From positions 63,612,001 to 63,676,000 of the forward strand of contig OX597832.1 in NCBI GenBank assembly GCA_951406725.2: a DNA stretch of 64,000 nucleotides, in the 5' to 3' direction. Shown piece by piece: positions 34,224 through 48,047 of this stretch. The stretch's first letter is position 1; every line of letters begins with the position of its first letter. The position numbers and the translations under genes were made by a program. The notes under the pieces were generated by a model, which was given only the letters and a program-made list of their open reading frames with translations, was not told the DNA's origin and did not search any database. This DNA is from Octopus vulgaris. Taxonomy: Eukaryota.

Positions 34224-35209
34224 CCTTTCTACTATAGGCACAAGACCTGAAATCCGGGGTGGGGTGGGGACTAGTTGATTACATCAACCCCAGTGTTTCA
34301 TTGGTACTAATTTATTAACCCCAAAAGGATGAAAAGCAAAGTCGACCACAATGGAATTTGAACTCAGAATGCAGCAACAGGTGAAATACCGCTAAGCATT
34401 TTATCCAGTGTGCTAATGATTTTGTCAGTTTGCCACCTTAATAATAATAGTAATAATAATAACGATGATAAGAAGAAAAAGATGAAGAACAACAGCAACA
34501 AGAAGAAATATAATAAATTTTTTTGTATCAAATTTCTTTGAAAATTGTAAATAAAAAAATTCTTAGCAAAATTGTTGCTTATTTACCTTGAAACTTGTTA
34601 AAAAAAATTTTTAGCATTAATTTAATGACTTCAGATTTTTTTGTTTTCATTTTGCAAAAGGTGAAAAACAAATAAAAAACAAAAAAAAATTCAACAATAA
34701 TTTTATTGGAGTAAAGATTATTTGCCAACATAACATGGCAGTCCTGGTTTAGGACGAATGTTGCTGTAATTTAGTCCCAGGAGACATTGTCTCCTGCTAG
34801 CTATATGACATGATCTGTGTCCTTATATTTTTGAACAAATAACCCAGAAATCGTGATACACAGATATTGTTTTGAGCTGAGTGGAGGTGCTAGATTCTCT
34901 TGTTCGAAAATATAAGGACACAAATCATGTCGTATAGCCAGCTGGAGACGATGTCTCCTGGGGCCAAATTACAGCAACGTTGATAAAAATCTTTACTCCA
35001 AAGTGCTGTTGCTGAATATTTCTCATTGTGAGATTTACAAATGGTAATTTTTTAATAATTTTATTTCTTTAAATATAAAACTCCCCAGATATATAAAAAG
35101 ACATCATTTCCACTCTTCTTTATTTTTTGTTTTTGAGGGAGGAAAATAAGGGTCAAGATACAAATAATAGTTGGAGGTAAGTAATCTCTTCAAGGTTGTG
35201 TTTGATTGT

Positions 35210-35351
35210 TCAAATAAAGCAGTTTGATAGAGTGGACTTCAGTTTGGAAATATCCTCTGGATATACACGGCAGCAACCTCCGATCCAACTGGCACCACTA
35301 TTTATCCATTCCTTACTGTACTCAGTGATACTTTTGACACCACCATGCCAC
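35210..35351 (-). CDS. HMT: HMT exon 7 (last)
   Basis: Acceptor ttcttgcag. Encodes WHGGVKSITEYSKEWINSGASWIGGCCRVYPEDISKLKSTLSNCFI then TGA. GGCC carries two Zn ligands. Confidence 0.92.
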
Positions 35352-38300
35352 CTGCAAGAAACAATCAAAGAGAACTTTAAACAGGAATTTAGTTTTACCC
35401 TTCAGCATTCATCATCATCACCATCATTGTCATTTAACGTCCGTTTTCTATGCTGGCATGGGTTGGATGGTTTGACTGAAAACTGGTGAGCCAGAAGAGC
35501 TGCACCAGGCTCCAATCTGATTTGGCAAGATTTCTATGGCTGGATGCTCTTCCTAATGCCAACCACTCTGAGAGTGTTGTGGGTGCTGTTTACGTGCCAT
35601 CAGCATGGGTGCCATTGACCTAACACCGGCATTGGCCACGACGAAGTCTCACTTGGCTTGACAGGTCAACATAAGCATGGTATATCGCCAAGGGTCTTGG
35701 TCACCTGTCACTGCCTCAATGAGACCCAACACTCGATAGGTGCTTTTTACGTACCACTAGCACAGGTGGCAAATGTAAATCTTACTTATCCACCTTGCTT
35801 TTGAATTAATCATATCTTATCTCTTTGTACTTGTTTCTGTCATTTGGCTGTGCCCATGCTGGAGCACCACCTCGAAAGTTTTTGATCGAACAAATCAACC
35901 CCAAGACTTATTTTTAAGGCTAGTACTTATTCTATCAGTAACTTTTGCTGAACTGCTAAGTTATGGAGACCTAAATACACCAACATTGGTTGTCAAGTGG
36001 TGATGGCAGAAGAGACAAACAATGACACAAACACACACAAAAAGTAATGCCATTTTGTTTAGGACAGGTATAATTACCAACACAGGAACATGTATCATAC
36101 ATCAAAATGAAGCTGGTACTCTGTTGATCACATCCCTACTTCTCAATAGCAATGTTCCATCTTGGAATGAGAGCATGTATCCCTGCCCCGTAAAATTCTG
36201 TTGACTGTTCTTTGAGCGAGTTCTTCACAACAGTTTTCACTTCCTCATCACTGGAATAATGTTTGCCTCTCAAACCCTCTTTCATGAGGTCGAAGTTCAA
36301 GATGCAAATGTCAGCTGGAAAAATCATGGCTACTGTCTTTTGGGATCTCAAGGTGTCATCCTGGTCGATTTCTTGCCAAAAGCAAAAACAATAAACTCTT
36401 TGGCCTACATGAGATCCTGAAGAGGCTCAGGGCAAGAATCCAATGAGTAAGACCCAACTTGCCAATCGACAATGTCCTCCTTCTGCGTGACAATGCTGGC
36501 CCACACACAAGCATCAGGACAAGGGAGACAATCGCCTCATTTGGGTGGACAATTTTACCACACCCTCCATACCAGATTTAGCACCTTCAGACTATCATCT
36601 TTTCGGCCCCATGAAAGAGGGTTTGAGAGGCAAACATTATTCCAGTGACGAGGAAGTGAAAACTATAGTGAAGAACTCGCTCAAAGAACAGTCAACAGAA
36701 TTTTACGGGGCAGGGATACATGCTCTCATTCCAAGATGGGACATTGCTATTGAGAGAAACGGTGACTATATTGAGAAGTAGGGATGTGATCCACAGAAGA
36801 CCAGCTTCATTTTGATGTATGATACATGTTCCTGTGTTGGTAATTATACCTGTCCTAAACAAAATGGCATTACTTTTTGACTCACCCTCGTACATGTGGT
36901 CACCCCAGTTTGATTCTACTGACTGAATTTCCTGCTCTCTAGTTCCCACACTTGTCTTTGTCCTTTGTTTTCTGTAAATTTGAACTATATATCCTAAAAC
37001 CATTAGATGGGAAAGCAAGTTTCTTACCACACAGCCACACCTGCGTTTTGTGTGTGCGTGTTTTTGCATTTGTCTTCTACCACTGCATGACAACTGGTGT
37101 TAGTTTGTTTCCTTAACTGTAACTTAGCAGTTTGACGATAGAGACTGATAGAGTAAGTGCAAGGCTTGAAAATGGATTCTGGGGTCAATTTATTTGATTA
37201 AACCTTTGAAGTGTGTGCTCCAGCATGGCCTCAGTCCAATGACTGAAACAAGTAAAAGACAAATGAATTGGATTACTTTCATCAAATAATGGAGAGCTAC
37301 CACTTGAGAGAGAGAGGGAGAGGTGACAGTGCACCAATCTACGTCCTTTCTATACATTGTGTTGAGACAGGATCAAGGCAGAGAACTCTGTTTTATTCGG
37401 ATCATTAACTGAGTAAAAAGAGATAACCACTTCGATAGCATGTTTGTTGTTGTTATTACTGTTATTGTTTAGCTGCAGTTCATCCCTAATCTAGTATTCC
37501 ATCCATGACCGTCCAGTCTTTTAAGACAAAATTTATCCAGGACAATAGTATCCAACTGGTGCTTCCCATTTGAGGACAGTAGGGTATAATCTGAGGCTGA
37601 TCTGACTGTAATTGGATTATTGACATTGAGGTTAGCAATGGCAGGAGTTGTTGATTGACGAAGTGGTTGTTGTTTAGTCTTAAGTCACCTTCGACCATTA
37701 GTCTGTTCAATCTTAGGGATGACCTGAAGTTCAAAACAAAAAACAGCAACAACAATAACAACACCAATGAGAAGACAATGTTAGAAAATGGCTTGATTAC
37801 AAATGTTTCCCAAATGACTGACGAAGGTATTACAATTACGACAACAACACCACTGGGAGATGAGGGTGGGTCGGTACCTACCCCTGTGCGACATTCCATG
37901 TTTCACCACTGTTTGGCTTAACAATGACTGGTTTAGTCAACGGTATGGTCTTGATGCTGTCTAATAAATCATTAATGTATTCGGGACTTGTACAGTTAAC
38001 TCCTGCAGCTATCACACAGCTTGAAGACATAACCTGTTTTATTGCATCACAGAAATTATCTCCACCACACGTCTGCTTTCCGTCCTGAAGATTACAAAAA
38101 CAAAAGAAAATCATCATCATCATTTAACGTCTACTTTCCATGCTGGTATGGGTTGGATGGTTAGACTGAAAACTGGTAAGCCGGGGAGCTGCACCAGGTT
38201 CCGATCTGATTTGGTGTGGTTTCTATGGCTGGATGTCCTTCCTAATGCCAACCACTCCATTGGCAAGGTGTCATTGACCTGACACTAGCACCGGCCACGA

Positions 38301-41300
38301 CTATGGTATCACTTGGCTTCACAGGTCTACACAAGCACGATATATCACCAAAAGTCTTGGTCACATGTCACTGCCTCCATGAGGCCCAAAATAATAATAG
38401 TAAACATTATACATACATACACACACACACACACATATACACACAAACACACACGTGCGAGGGGGTGCTGAAAAGTTCCTGGCTTTGGGTAAAAGAAAAT
38501 ACAGGAGGATCAGTTAATTATGATTTTATTTAACATATTCCTCTCTCAAATTCACAGTTATTGCAGCAGCCCTGTAAAGGAACTTGAAAGGTTGGGCCTC
38601 CAACTAGGCCTTTCACAATACCCTTAAAACCAGGAACTTTTCAGCATTCCTTTGTATATATGTGTATGTTTGTGTAACATATATGCAGCCAATCTGTTTA
38701 TATATGCAACAATTCTAGTAGCTACAGAACACTGCAGCTACTAATTAGCATATCATAAGTTTTAACCCTTTATTTTTAATTATCAGAAGCCTCATCATCA
38801 TCATCACCATTTTAACACCCATTTTTCCATGGATGGAGTTTATTGAGGCAAATTTTTCTCAGGCCGGATGCTCTTGTCATCAACCCTCACCTGTTTCCAA
38901 GTAAAGTAACAAATGACAGTATGCATGATAGCGACACTCACAACTATTGCACAGTATAAAAACAAGGACACACACTCACACTAATATATAAAGGGCTTCT
39001 TTTCAGTTTCTGCCTACTGAATCTGCTTGCAAAACTCTAGTTGGCTCATAGCTATAGTTGAAAACACTTGTGTAAGGTGCTTCACTGAGGGACTGAACCC
39101 AAAACGTGGTAGGTGGGGAGCTAACTTCTCAACCACACAGTCATGCATGGTTTCTACAGACAGTTCCAAAACTGGTAAGTTTTAAGAGAGAGGTAGTTGA
39201 ATATATCGACCTCAGGATTATTGGGGTATTTATTTTGATAGACCCCTGGAGAATGAAATGTAAAGTCGACTTTAGTAGAAATTGAACTCAAAATGTAAAG
39301 GATAAAAACTCAGGAAACATGAAAATCCAGAAACCTTGCAAGAAAAAGTCACCCATCCACGACAGTTTGGAATTTCATTCATGATGTCTAGGACAACAAG
39401 AGCTTCTTTGAGAGATGGAAAGGTCTCCACAGCTAGCATATCCACACCTGCTTCCATCAACAAATCTATTCGAGATTTGTGCCAAGACTTTAGTTCCTGT
39501 GGAAAAGAGAAATCAAAAATTCTTAATGATGCAGCAACTTTTCATGAGATTTCATTAACCCTTTCATTACCAACCCAGATGTGGCTCTGAAGTACAAATG
39601 TCTTGTTTTCATAAGTTTTGAATTAAAGTCTTTCACCAAGCCTTAGTCACAATTAATGTTCCTAACACTAACTTAATGATGACTAAGTTATTTTACTAAA
39701 TTCTTTGTTATGTTTAAAATAATTGAACCCCCCCCCCAAAAAAAAACCCCCAAGCATCTCAAAATAAATACAGTAACGAAAGGGTTAAGTTGCTTAGTGT
39801 TGCAGCCAGTCATAATATCCAACTAAAACAGTCTGTCATAGCCAGTCACAAATATTCCATTCACCGTTTCACTGCAGAAATCAGATAATACATCCATTCA
39901 AAATTTCATTACTCTTAACTGGGAAAAGCTTTTTTATATACCAGTTTATTTTCTTTGTTAAAAAAATGTCACGCTTGAAACTACATACTGTTGAGATATA
40001 TATATACACGACGGGCTTCTTTCAGTTTCTATCTACCAAATCCACTCACAATTCTTTGGTCAGCCCAAGGCTATAGTAGAAGACACTTGCCCAAGGTGCT
40101 ACATAGTGGGACTGAACTCCAAACTATGTGGTTGGCAAGCACCCATAATTTTCAGAGACATTTTTCACACTCAGAATTGTCAAAGCATAGAATAAACTGT
40201 ATAAGTTGTTTGCTGTCAGAACACTGCATTCCTCAAAAATTCCATGCCTCCCAACACACCTATGCACTTTTCCCTCTTTATGGCTCTCATCCAATTAACT
40301 GATCTGTCTCTTTTTTTTCTCTTTTATTCTGTGTGCTGTGCATATCCTTCAAGCTATTACTGCTGTCTTTCTTTGCATGACTGGTTACTTGCCCTTCTTT
40401 TAACTTTTCTGACAAGTCATGGTGCACCTCAGCACTGTATACAATAAGTTGGTTATTATTATTATTATTATTATTATTATAATTATTATTATTATTAGCA
40501 TTAAGGCAGTGAGCTGGTAGAATCACTGGACAAAATGCTTAGCTATATTTCGCCTGTCGCTACATTTTGAGTTCAAATTCCGCTGAGATCGACTTTGTAA
40601 TGCAATGGCTCTCATATTGAGTCTTTCACCATTTGAGACTATAAAGTCAATTATCTGGCTCTTTCTATATTGAATTTTGGACCCCCACAAAAATTTAGGG
40701 GGTACAAGTACACCCCCTGCACCACCTATTCCTGGGCTCTTGGGTATAAGTCTATTTAACAGGGATACTCAGAGCATGTCTGGTAGGAATCGCTCTCAGT
40801 TGATTCACACCAACTTTGGTACATGATTGATATTTATTCAATAAAACTTGGAGGGATAAAAGTCACAGTTAATCCACGTGGGATTTGAACTCAGATTGAA
40901 AAGAGATGAAACTAAATATTGCACAAAATATATATTTACTATTCTACCTCATTCTAAGGTAGATCTGATAGTGAAGGGGACAGAATACTTGAGGTCAGCT
41001 TTGTCTTTCATCCTTTCAGGGTTGATAAATTAAATACCAGTTGAGCACTGGGGTTGATGTTATCGACTTGTCTTTTCCTCTAAAATTGTTGACCTTGTGC
41101 CAAAATTAAAATGGTAGAATATTCTACAGTAGAACAGTCTACCTTCTATTGCAATTCTATTCACTTCTAGGAGGTTTTACAGGAATATTGAAATCAATCC
41201 CAGGAAGGATGAAAGACAAAGTTCATCTTGGTGGAATTTGAACTCAGAATGTAAAGGACCATAACAGTATATCACAACCATTTTGTCCAATGTTCTAACA

Positions 41301-44300
41301 ACTCTGCCATTGGCACAAAACCACAAATTACCAATTTAACAGACCTGGGTACTTGCATTGGTACTTTATCTCATCGACCCTGGGAAGAATAAAATGCAAG
41401 ATATTTAATCAATCCCTCCACAGATTTTGTCTTCAACTACTACTACTACTACTACTACTAATACCACCACCAAGTATAATGATAATGATCCTTTCTAGTG
41501 TAAGCACAAGGCTTGATTTTTAAGGAGAGGGAGACAGTTTATTACATTGACTCCAGTGTACAATTGGTACTTTATCAACCCCAAAAGAATGAAAGACAAA
41601 GTCGATTTCAGCGAAATTTAGAACTCAGAACATCAAGAGCTGAAAAAAATACCACTACATTCTCTCATATACTTCTTCCTTACTTTAGACAGTAGTAACT
41701 GCAATTTAAGGGACATTTGGCTGCTATTTCTAGCAGGTCGAGCAACCATGTAGAGGCTATTAACTTTGGTGGTGGTGATGTGAAACTATAAGCAATAAAT
41801 CCTCCCTAATAATCAGACACACGAGAAAATATACTTTTAACTTACGTTGATCTGCACTGTATTCATGTATTTCCCCGTATACTCGGATCCATCATGTAGA
41901 CAGGCACCATAGGGACCAACGGAGCCAGCGACCAGCAAATGTTGCAGATCTGTGCAGAAGATGAAGAAAGGGAGAAAGGAAAGAAGAAAGAAAAGAGAAA
42001 CTACTTGGAAGAAAGGAAATTTTAATAAGTAAAAAGTATTAGTGTGTGTGTGTGATGGTTGATATATTTGTGTGTCTGTGAACATTTGAGTATTTTGTAT
42101 GCATGTATACATCTGTCTATCTATCTACCTGCTAGCCTGTCTATCAATCACTCTCTCTATATATATATACACACACACATCAAAAGAAGGAGCATCATAA
42201 AGTGTAAAACATAACCATAGATTAGGCTTGGTATGGGTTTCACAACTCCACTCTGGTATCAAGGGGGGATGTGTGAGTGTATATGGGCATTGTGTTGTGT
42301 TCTTGAGCAAGACACTTTATTTCACGTTGCTCCAGTTCACTTGGCTGTAGAAATGAGTTGCGATGTCACTGGTGCCAAGCTGTGTCGGCCTCTTTGCCTT
42401 TCCCTTGGGCAACATCGATGGCATGAAGAGGGGAGGCTGGTATGCATGGGTGACTACTAGCAATCCATAAATAACCTTACCTGGAATTGTGCCTCAGAAG
42501 GTAACTTTCTAAGTGCAATCCTACGGTCATTCATGACTGACGGAGGTCTTTCTTTTATATGTATGTATGTGTGTGTGTGTGTGTGTGCATGGACGGATGC
42601 ATAGATGGATGATTGTATGCATGCATGAATGCATGTGTGTATTTGTGTGTGTGTGGTTGAGAAGTTTGCTTCCTAACCACGAGGTTTTGGGTTCAGTTCC
42701 ACTGTGTTACATCTTAGGCTAGTGTTTTCCACAATAGCTTCTGGTTTGACTTTTGGTTCTTACCTGGGTTTTCCTTTTGAACTTCACACCGAGCTTGTTT
42801 TGCTAAATTCACCCCAATCTTCATCAGGTTTTTGGCCTCCTGTTCAGTCATCTTGAGATGTTTCTGGAAGCCTTCAACACTTGCTTGATATGTTGCTGTT
42901 ACAACAACATCAGAACCAGCAAGGTAAAATCTGGCAAAATGTTAGAAGCAAATAAGCATATCTTTAGAAACAGATTTTTAAAAATGGAGAAAGCAGGACA
43001 AAGTTTTTGTTGCCCTTTTTTAAGGGTCATTTAGCTCCAAATTAGCCCTGATTGTGCAGACCTATGATTGGCTGTGAACACTTGGTCTGTTTTTCAGACA
43101 ATCATCTATCTTAGCTTTTGAACACAGGCAATGGCTGTGTGGTTAGGAAGCTTGCTTCCCAACTACATAGCTTCATGTTCAGTTCCCTGCATGGTACTTT
43201 TGGCAAGTGTCATCTTGGGTTAATCAGAGCCTCGTGAATGGATTTGGGAGATGGAAACTGAAAGAAGTTTGTCACAAATTTGTGTGTGTGTTTATTTGTC
43301 CCAACATTGTGCAATACATGTAAATGAGTCTTTGTAGTGTCATTCATTTCCAATCTTCTGTGAAAACATGTTTGGCCATGAGAAATATAACCTTATTTGG
43401 AAACAGGTGAAGGTTGGCAACAAGAAGGGCATTTGGCCATATAAAATCTGCCTCAACAAATTCTGCCTGCCCAACGCAAGCATGGAAAAGTGTTAGCTAA
43501 AATCATGATGAAAGAGAAGTTAAAATCTAAAGATCCCAGAGAGGCAAAAGGCAACAAAGTTGTCCTCATTAGGATTTGAAATCAAGACTCAAGTACATAC
43601 TGCATGGTATTTTATCAGATGCTCCACTGATTCAATACATTATAGAAGAATGAAAGGCAGTAAGCTGACAGAATAGTTAGCATGGTGGGGGAAATGCTTA
43701 GCAGCATTTTGTCTGCTCTTACATTTTGAGTTCAAATTCCACCGAGGTCGACTTTGCCTTTCATCCTTTTGGGATTGATAAAATAAGTACCAGTTGAGCA
43801 ACTGGGGTCAATGTAATTGACTTAACCACTTCCCCAAAATTGCTGGCCTTGTGCCAAAATTTGAAACCAATACATTACAAAAGAATAAAGAAGGTAAAAA
43901 GAGAAACAAACTTTTTATGGCATTCTTTGATGGCTTCTGGGTTTGTGGAGATCAGTTTGGCACTAAACAGTGCATCTTCCTGAAAAATGATGGAAATGGA
44001 AATAATAATAATAATAGCAAAAAAAAAAAAAAAGTGCCATTGTCATCAAGTGAACGATATTTCATCATCTCGTGTGTCTTCCACAGGTTCAACAAATAAA
44101 CGTGTCAATGAACTTCATTTTGGTTAATATTTATAGAATTGAGGTTACTCCTGCAGAAGGTATAGAAGCGAAAAAATGAAGAGTGCTTCTATACCTATTT
44201 CTTTACTACCCACAAGGGTCCAAACAAGGACAGACAAAAGGATTAAGTCGATTATATCGACCCCAGTGCGTAACTAGTACTTAATTTATCGACCCCGAAA

Positions 44301-44485
44301 GGATGAAAGGCAAAGTCGACCTCGGCGGAACCTTCTGGAGAAGTTACGGCGAAGTTTCGTATGTCGTAGCTCAGATTTCCGTCCGAAACTATGCCGGAGT
44401 TACCTCAATCCTTTAAATATTATCATTATTATTAATAATAATAATAATAATATTATTAATAGACAGCTAATTCCGTGGTAGTGCC

Positions 44486-44520
<35 letters not shown>

Positions 44521-47500
44521 TACTAAATTTGAAATTGTAAAAATAAATCCCTTAAAACTTGAAATTGTGAGAATTTGGAGTATGCAAACTGTAAAGGGTG
44601 CACTTGTAATAATTGGTGAGTTGGGAACTGTAAGTAAAGATATAGACAAATGGTGAATTCTACTTTGGAATTTTCAGAAAATTTTTGTGAATTTATATTC
44701 TACACGTAGGAATTCAGATGTGGTTAATTTTTCTTTTTAAATTACAGTTTAAAATTCGTAAAGTCCGAATTTTTGGCTTAAATCACAGCAATAGACAATT
44801 ATATGTATTTATGAGAAGAATATTGAAAAACACCAATAAGTCGGTGACAAACAAACGATTCGAGTTTTAAAATGTTTCAAACACAGGAACAAGGTCAGAT
44901 GTCGATCATATTAATAACCTTAATTGGCTAATACTTTATTTTATTGACCCCAGATCGATAAAAAGCAAAGTTAACCTCTGCGGAATTTGAACTTAGAATG
45001 TAAAAGACCGCAAGGACACTGAGAATTCTACCAAATCACGACTTTTCGTGTTCTAAAATATTTATTTGTTATATATGCACAAATACCAGCAATTTTTGAA
45101 GGGAGGAACTGGTCAATATCATCGATTCCGGAGGGATAACAGGCAAAGCTGACCTCAATGAAAGAAATACCGCACAGCAGTTGTTTCCGAAAAGAAATTA
45201 ACAAAACAGAATGACGACAGTGAAATACACACAGAAAGATAAATGACTGAAAGCAAATCGTATTTGATGGAATATAAATTCTTTTTCCCAAAACCTTACC
45301 CAGGGTCCTATATAAGAAATCGGATCAATACTACGTGTACAAAAGATTAGTCTTCCCCTTATTATATGCACTGCTAAAATTGGGGAGCATCTAATGGTAC
45401 ATAATATGGAAATAAACAATGTATAGAATGAACAGGTATTTACAAAACATAACAATCATTGATACAAGAAATGAGATTCGCGAAGAGGTTTTCACGACTC
45501 CTGAACCTATTTCTTCACATAAGCTCGTGTAGATGGGATGTAAACAAAGCCACATTGGTTCCATAGTGTCGCTCGAGGTTTTTCTTGGCCATCATCCACG
45601 GCCCTTCATCGATGGTCTCTGTATGGTTCACAATTTCACGAGTATACATATTACCTAAACAAAGATCAGACATCCACTCATCGAAGACCAAATGGGTCCC
45701 TGGTAATACCCATTGCGTTATTATGGACTCGAGTGTTTTGTGTGTCCGATCGGGGACCTCAATCAGACAACATTTGCCTGTGTCCCTATCTACTGCACTA
45801 AATACCCAATGTCCCCTTTGCCACTCTCCTCGCTGATACTTTCGGTGCATCTATTTGGAGTCATTTGTTTCGACGGTGATGGGAAATCCTTTCTCTCCCA
45901 ACCCACCGTGTCGCTGTGGATGAGCTTCTAGGTATTGCTCACATAAATCTCTCGTGTAACCGCACCAGTTAATAAATGGTATTGTTATTGAGTTGCAGTT
46001 AAAAAATCATCTGAGTCTGAGAGTAGTCTCTTACCCATATGTACGGTACATGAGTTGAATTAAAATGGGTAATGATAGATGACTTTTCTCGAAAAAGCAA
46101 CCAGCTCGGATACTACGACTGGGTACTACTTAAGAAAAGTGGTCCCGGTGCGCGTACTCGCTCACCCGCACTAGCTAGTCGACCCTTACTTTGTGCTTTT
46201 GTTTTATTTACTTTGTGTAAAAAAAATTATTTATTTTGTGTTTTATTTACTTTGCTAGGTAGTCGTTGTAGGATAGACTAGCTAGTAGTCATGACTAGCT
46301 AGCGCGAGTACGCGCACCGGGACCAGTCGCGAACAACTCACTAATCTGGTGGGATTATTACATCGATCACATATCACAGTGTTGGCCAACATGTGACGAG
46401 ATGTGAGCCACAGAACCGCCTGTTCGGTGGTGTTCGTCGCTGAGATTAATATGTCGCAGCGGTGTACTTCAGCTGCTAATATCACCAATGCTTAAGATTT
46501 CATCAGAATTTACAAGACGCGTCGGTGCATATAGAGGGGGCATGGTTTCGATCGACGAAGAGCTTGGTTACGTGATATTACAGGATTTCAGTTAACTCCT
46601 TTCGGTTTGTTAGCTTTTAATCTCTTCTATTACAATGAATTTCGATTATTTCAGGATACAAAACCACATGTTTAACCTATCACAACAGAATTTACAATAC
46701 CACGTTGTTGGTATTTCCCGCTGTTTACAAACGTGGTGTCTACCGTAAGTGGGTTACTGTCGTGAGTGTATAAATATATATACATATATATATATGTCTG
46801 TAAATCATAAATCCGGAACAGAAGCGCACTCTAAGTTATAGAGCAGTAGAGTATTTGGATCTTTTCGGTTTGAACGGCAGTTTTTTTCTAGCGGTGTCAA
46901 GTGAAATTGTCACCCATAATTATGACCCTAGTATCGATCTATTGCATTTCAATCTGTTTTAGGGTTAGTTAGGGTTAGTGGTGGGGGGAAGGGTATCTTT
47001 TTTTCTTCACAAATGTAAATAAACCCAATCTGTTTCTTAAACGAGGGACATATTCATACGGCACAGAATGTTTTCTTTTACCTCAATAGACGTCATTGAT
47101 TGATTGAAATTGAAGAAAAACAACAACAAATATCTTACAAATTATAGAATTTTCTGAATAAAGCCAAGAAAAAGATGTATACGAAGCTTAAAAGTGGGTA
47201 CTAGTATCGTAGACTGGACCCGGTTTGCGCACACGCAACTGGGTCCAGTCTACGATACTAGTACCTTCATTTTCATTGATTCCCTCCACCCCCCTCAGTG
47301 GGTGTGCATGTACCTCCTTTTCCCGAGCCTGTGCTCGTGACCATCCCGTTATAATAATTTTTTTTTTTTTTTGTCCAGATGTAGTGTATCTACAATTCTA
47401 TTAAGAAATTTTAGAACTTGGCACTTGGTTGCCCTATTTCGTTATTATTGCGTTACGTAATATTCTTCACATTTAGAAGACAATAGAATGCGGATTACGG

Positions 47501-48000
47501 GAGACTTGCTTGCGATTTCTGGCAGGTCGTGCCACTACATAGAAGTTCCCTTATATGTATTCACACACACATATTTAATTTTTGTATTTGGTTTGCAAGA
47601 TTCTTTATGTAAATTCATGTGCAGGAGCATATTTTGTTGTTCCTGGGGAGAGTCATTCTGTTTAAATGCCTTATTAATTAACGCACTCACCGGTTCAGTT
47701 TCCACTCATGCACTTATTTATTTAATTATATATATATATATATATATCTATATATATATATATATACATACACACACAGAACCCTGCATGTATGCAACTG
47801 CCATATACTTTATTATTATTATTAAAGCTGCAAAATATCACACACACAAAAACTGCTACTTCACGTTCCCGTTCGTCAGGCAGTTGTGATGAAGAATCTT
47901 GTGATGTTTTCGCAGCTTTAATAATAATAATAAGTATATTACCTTACCTCCGCTATTCGAGCACTATTTTTTCCACCTTGTTCCGCAATTATGTGCTTAC

Positions 48001-48047
<47 letters not shown>

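Noticed and set aside
37486-37921. 137-aa and 88-aa ORFs overlapping HMT intron 6
   Set aside because: Low-complexity, repeat-derived, and out of frame with or antisense to HMT exon 6.
46955-46980. Telomeric repeat
   Set aside because: Only two imperfect TTAGGG units, inside an interspersed repeat.
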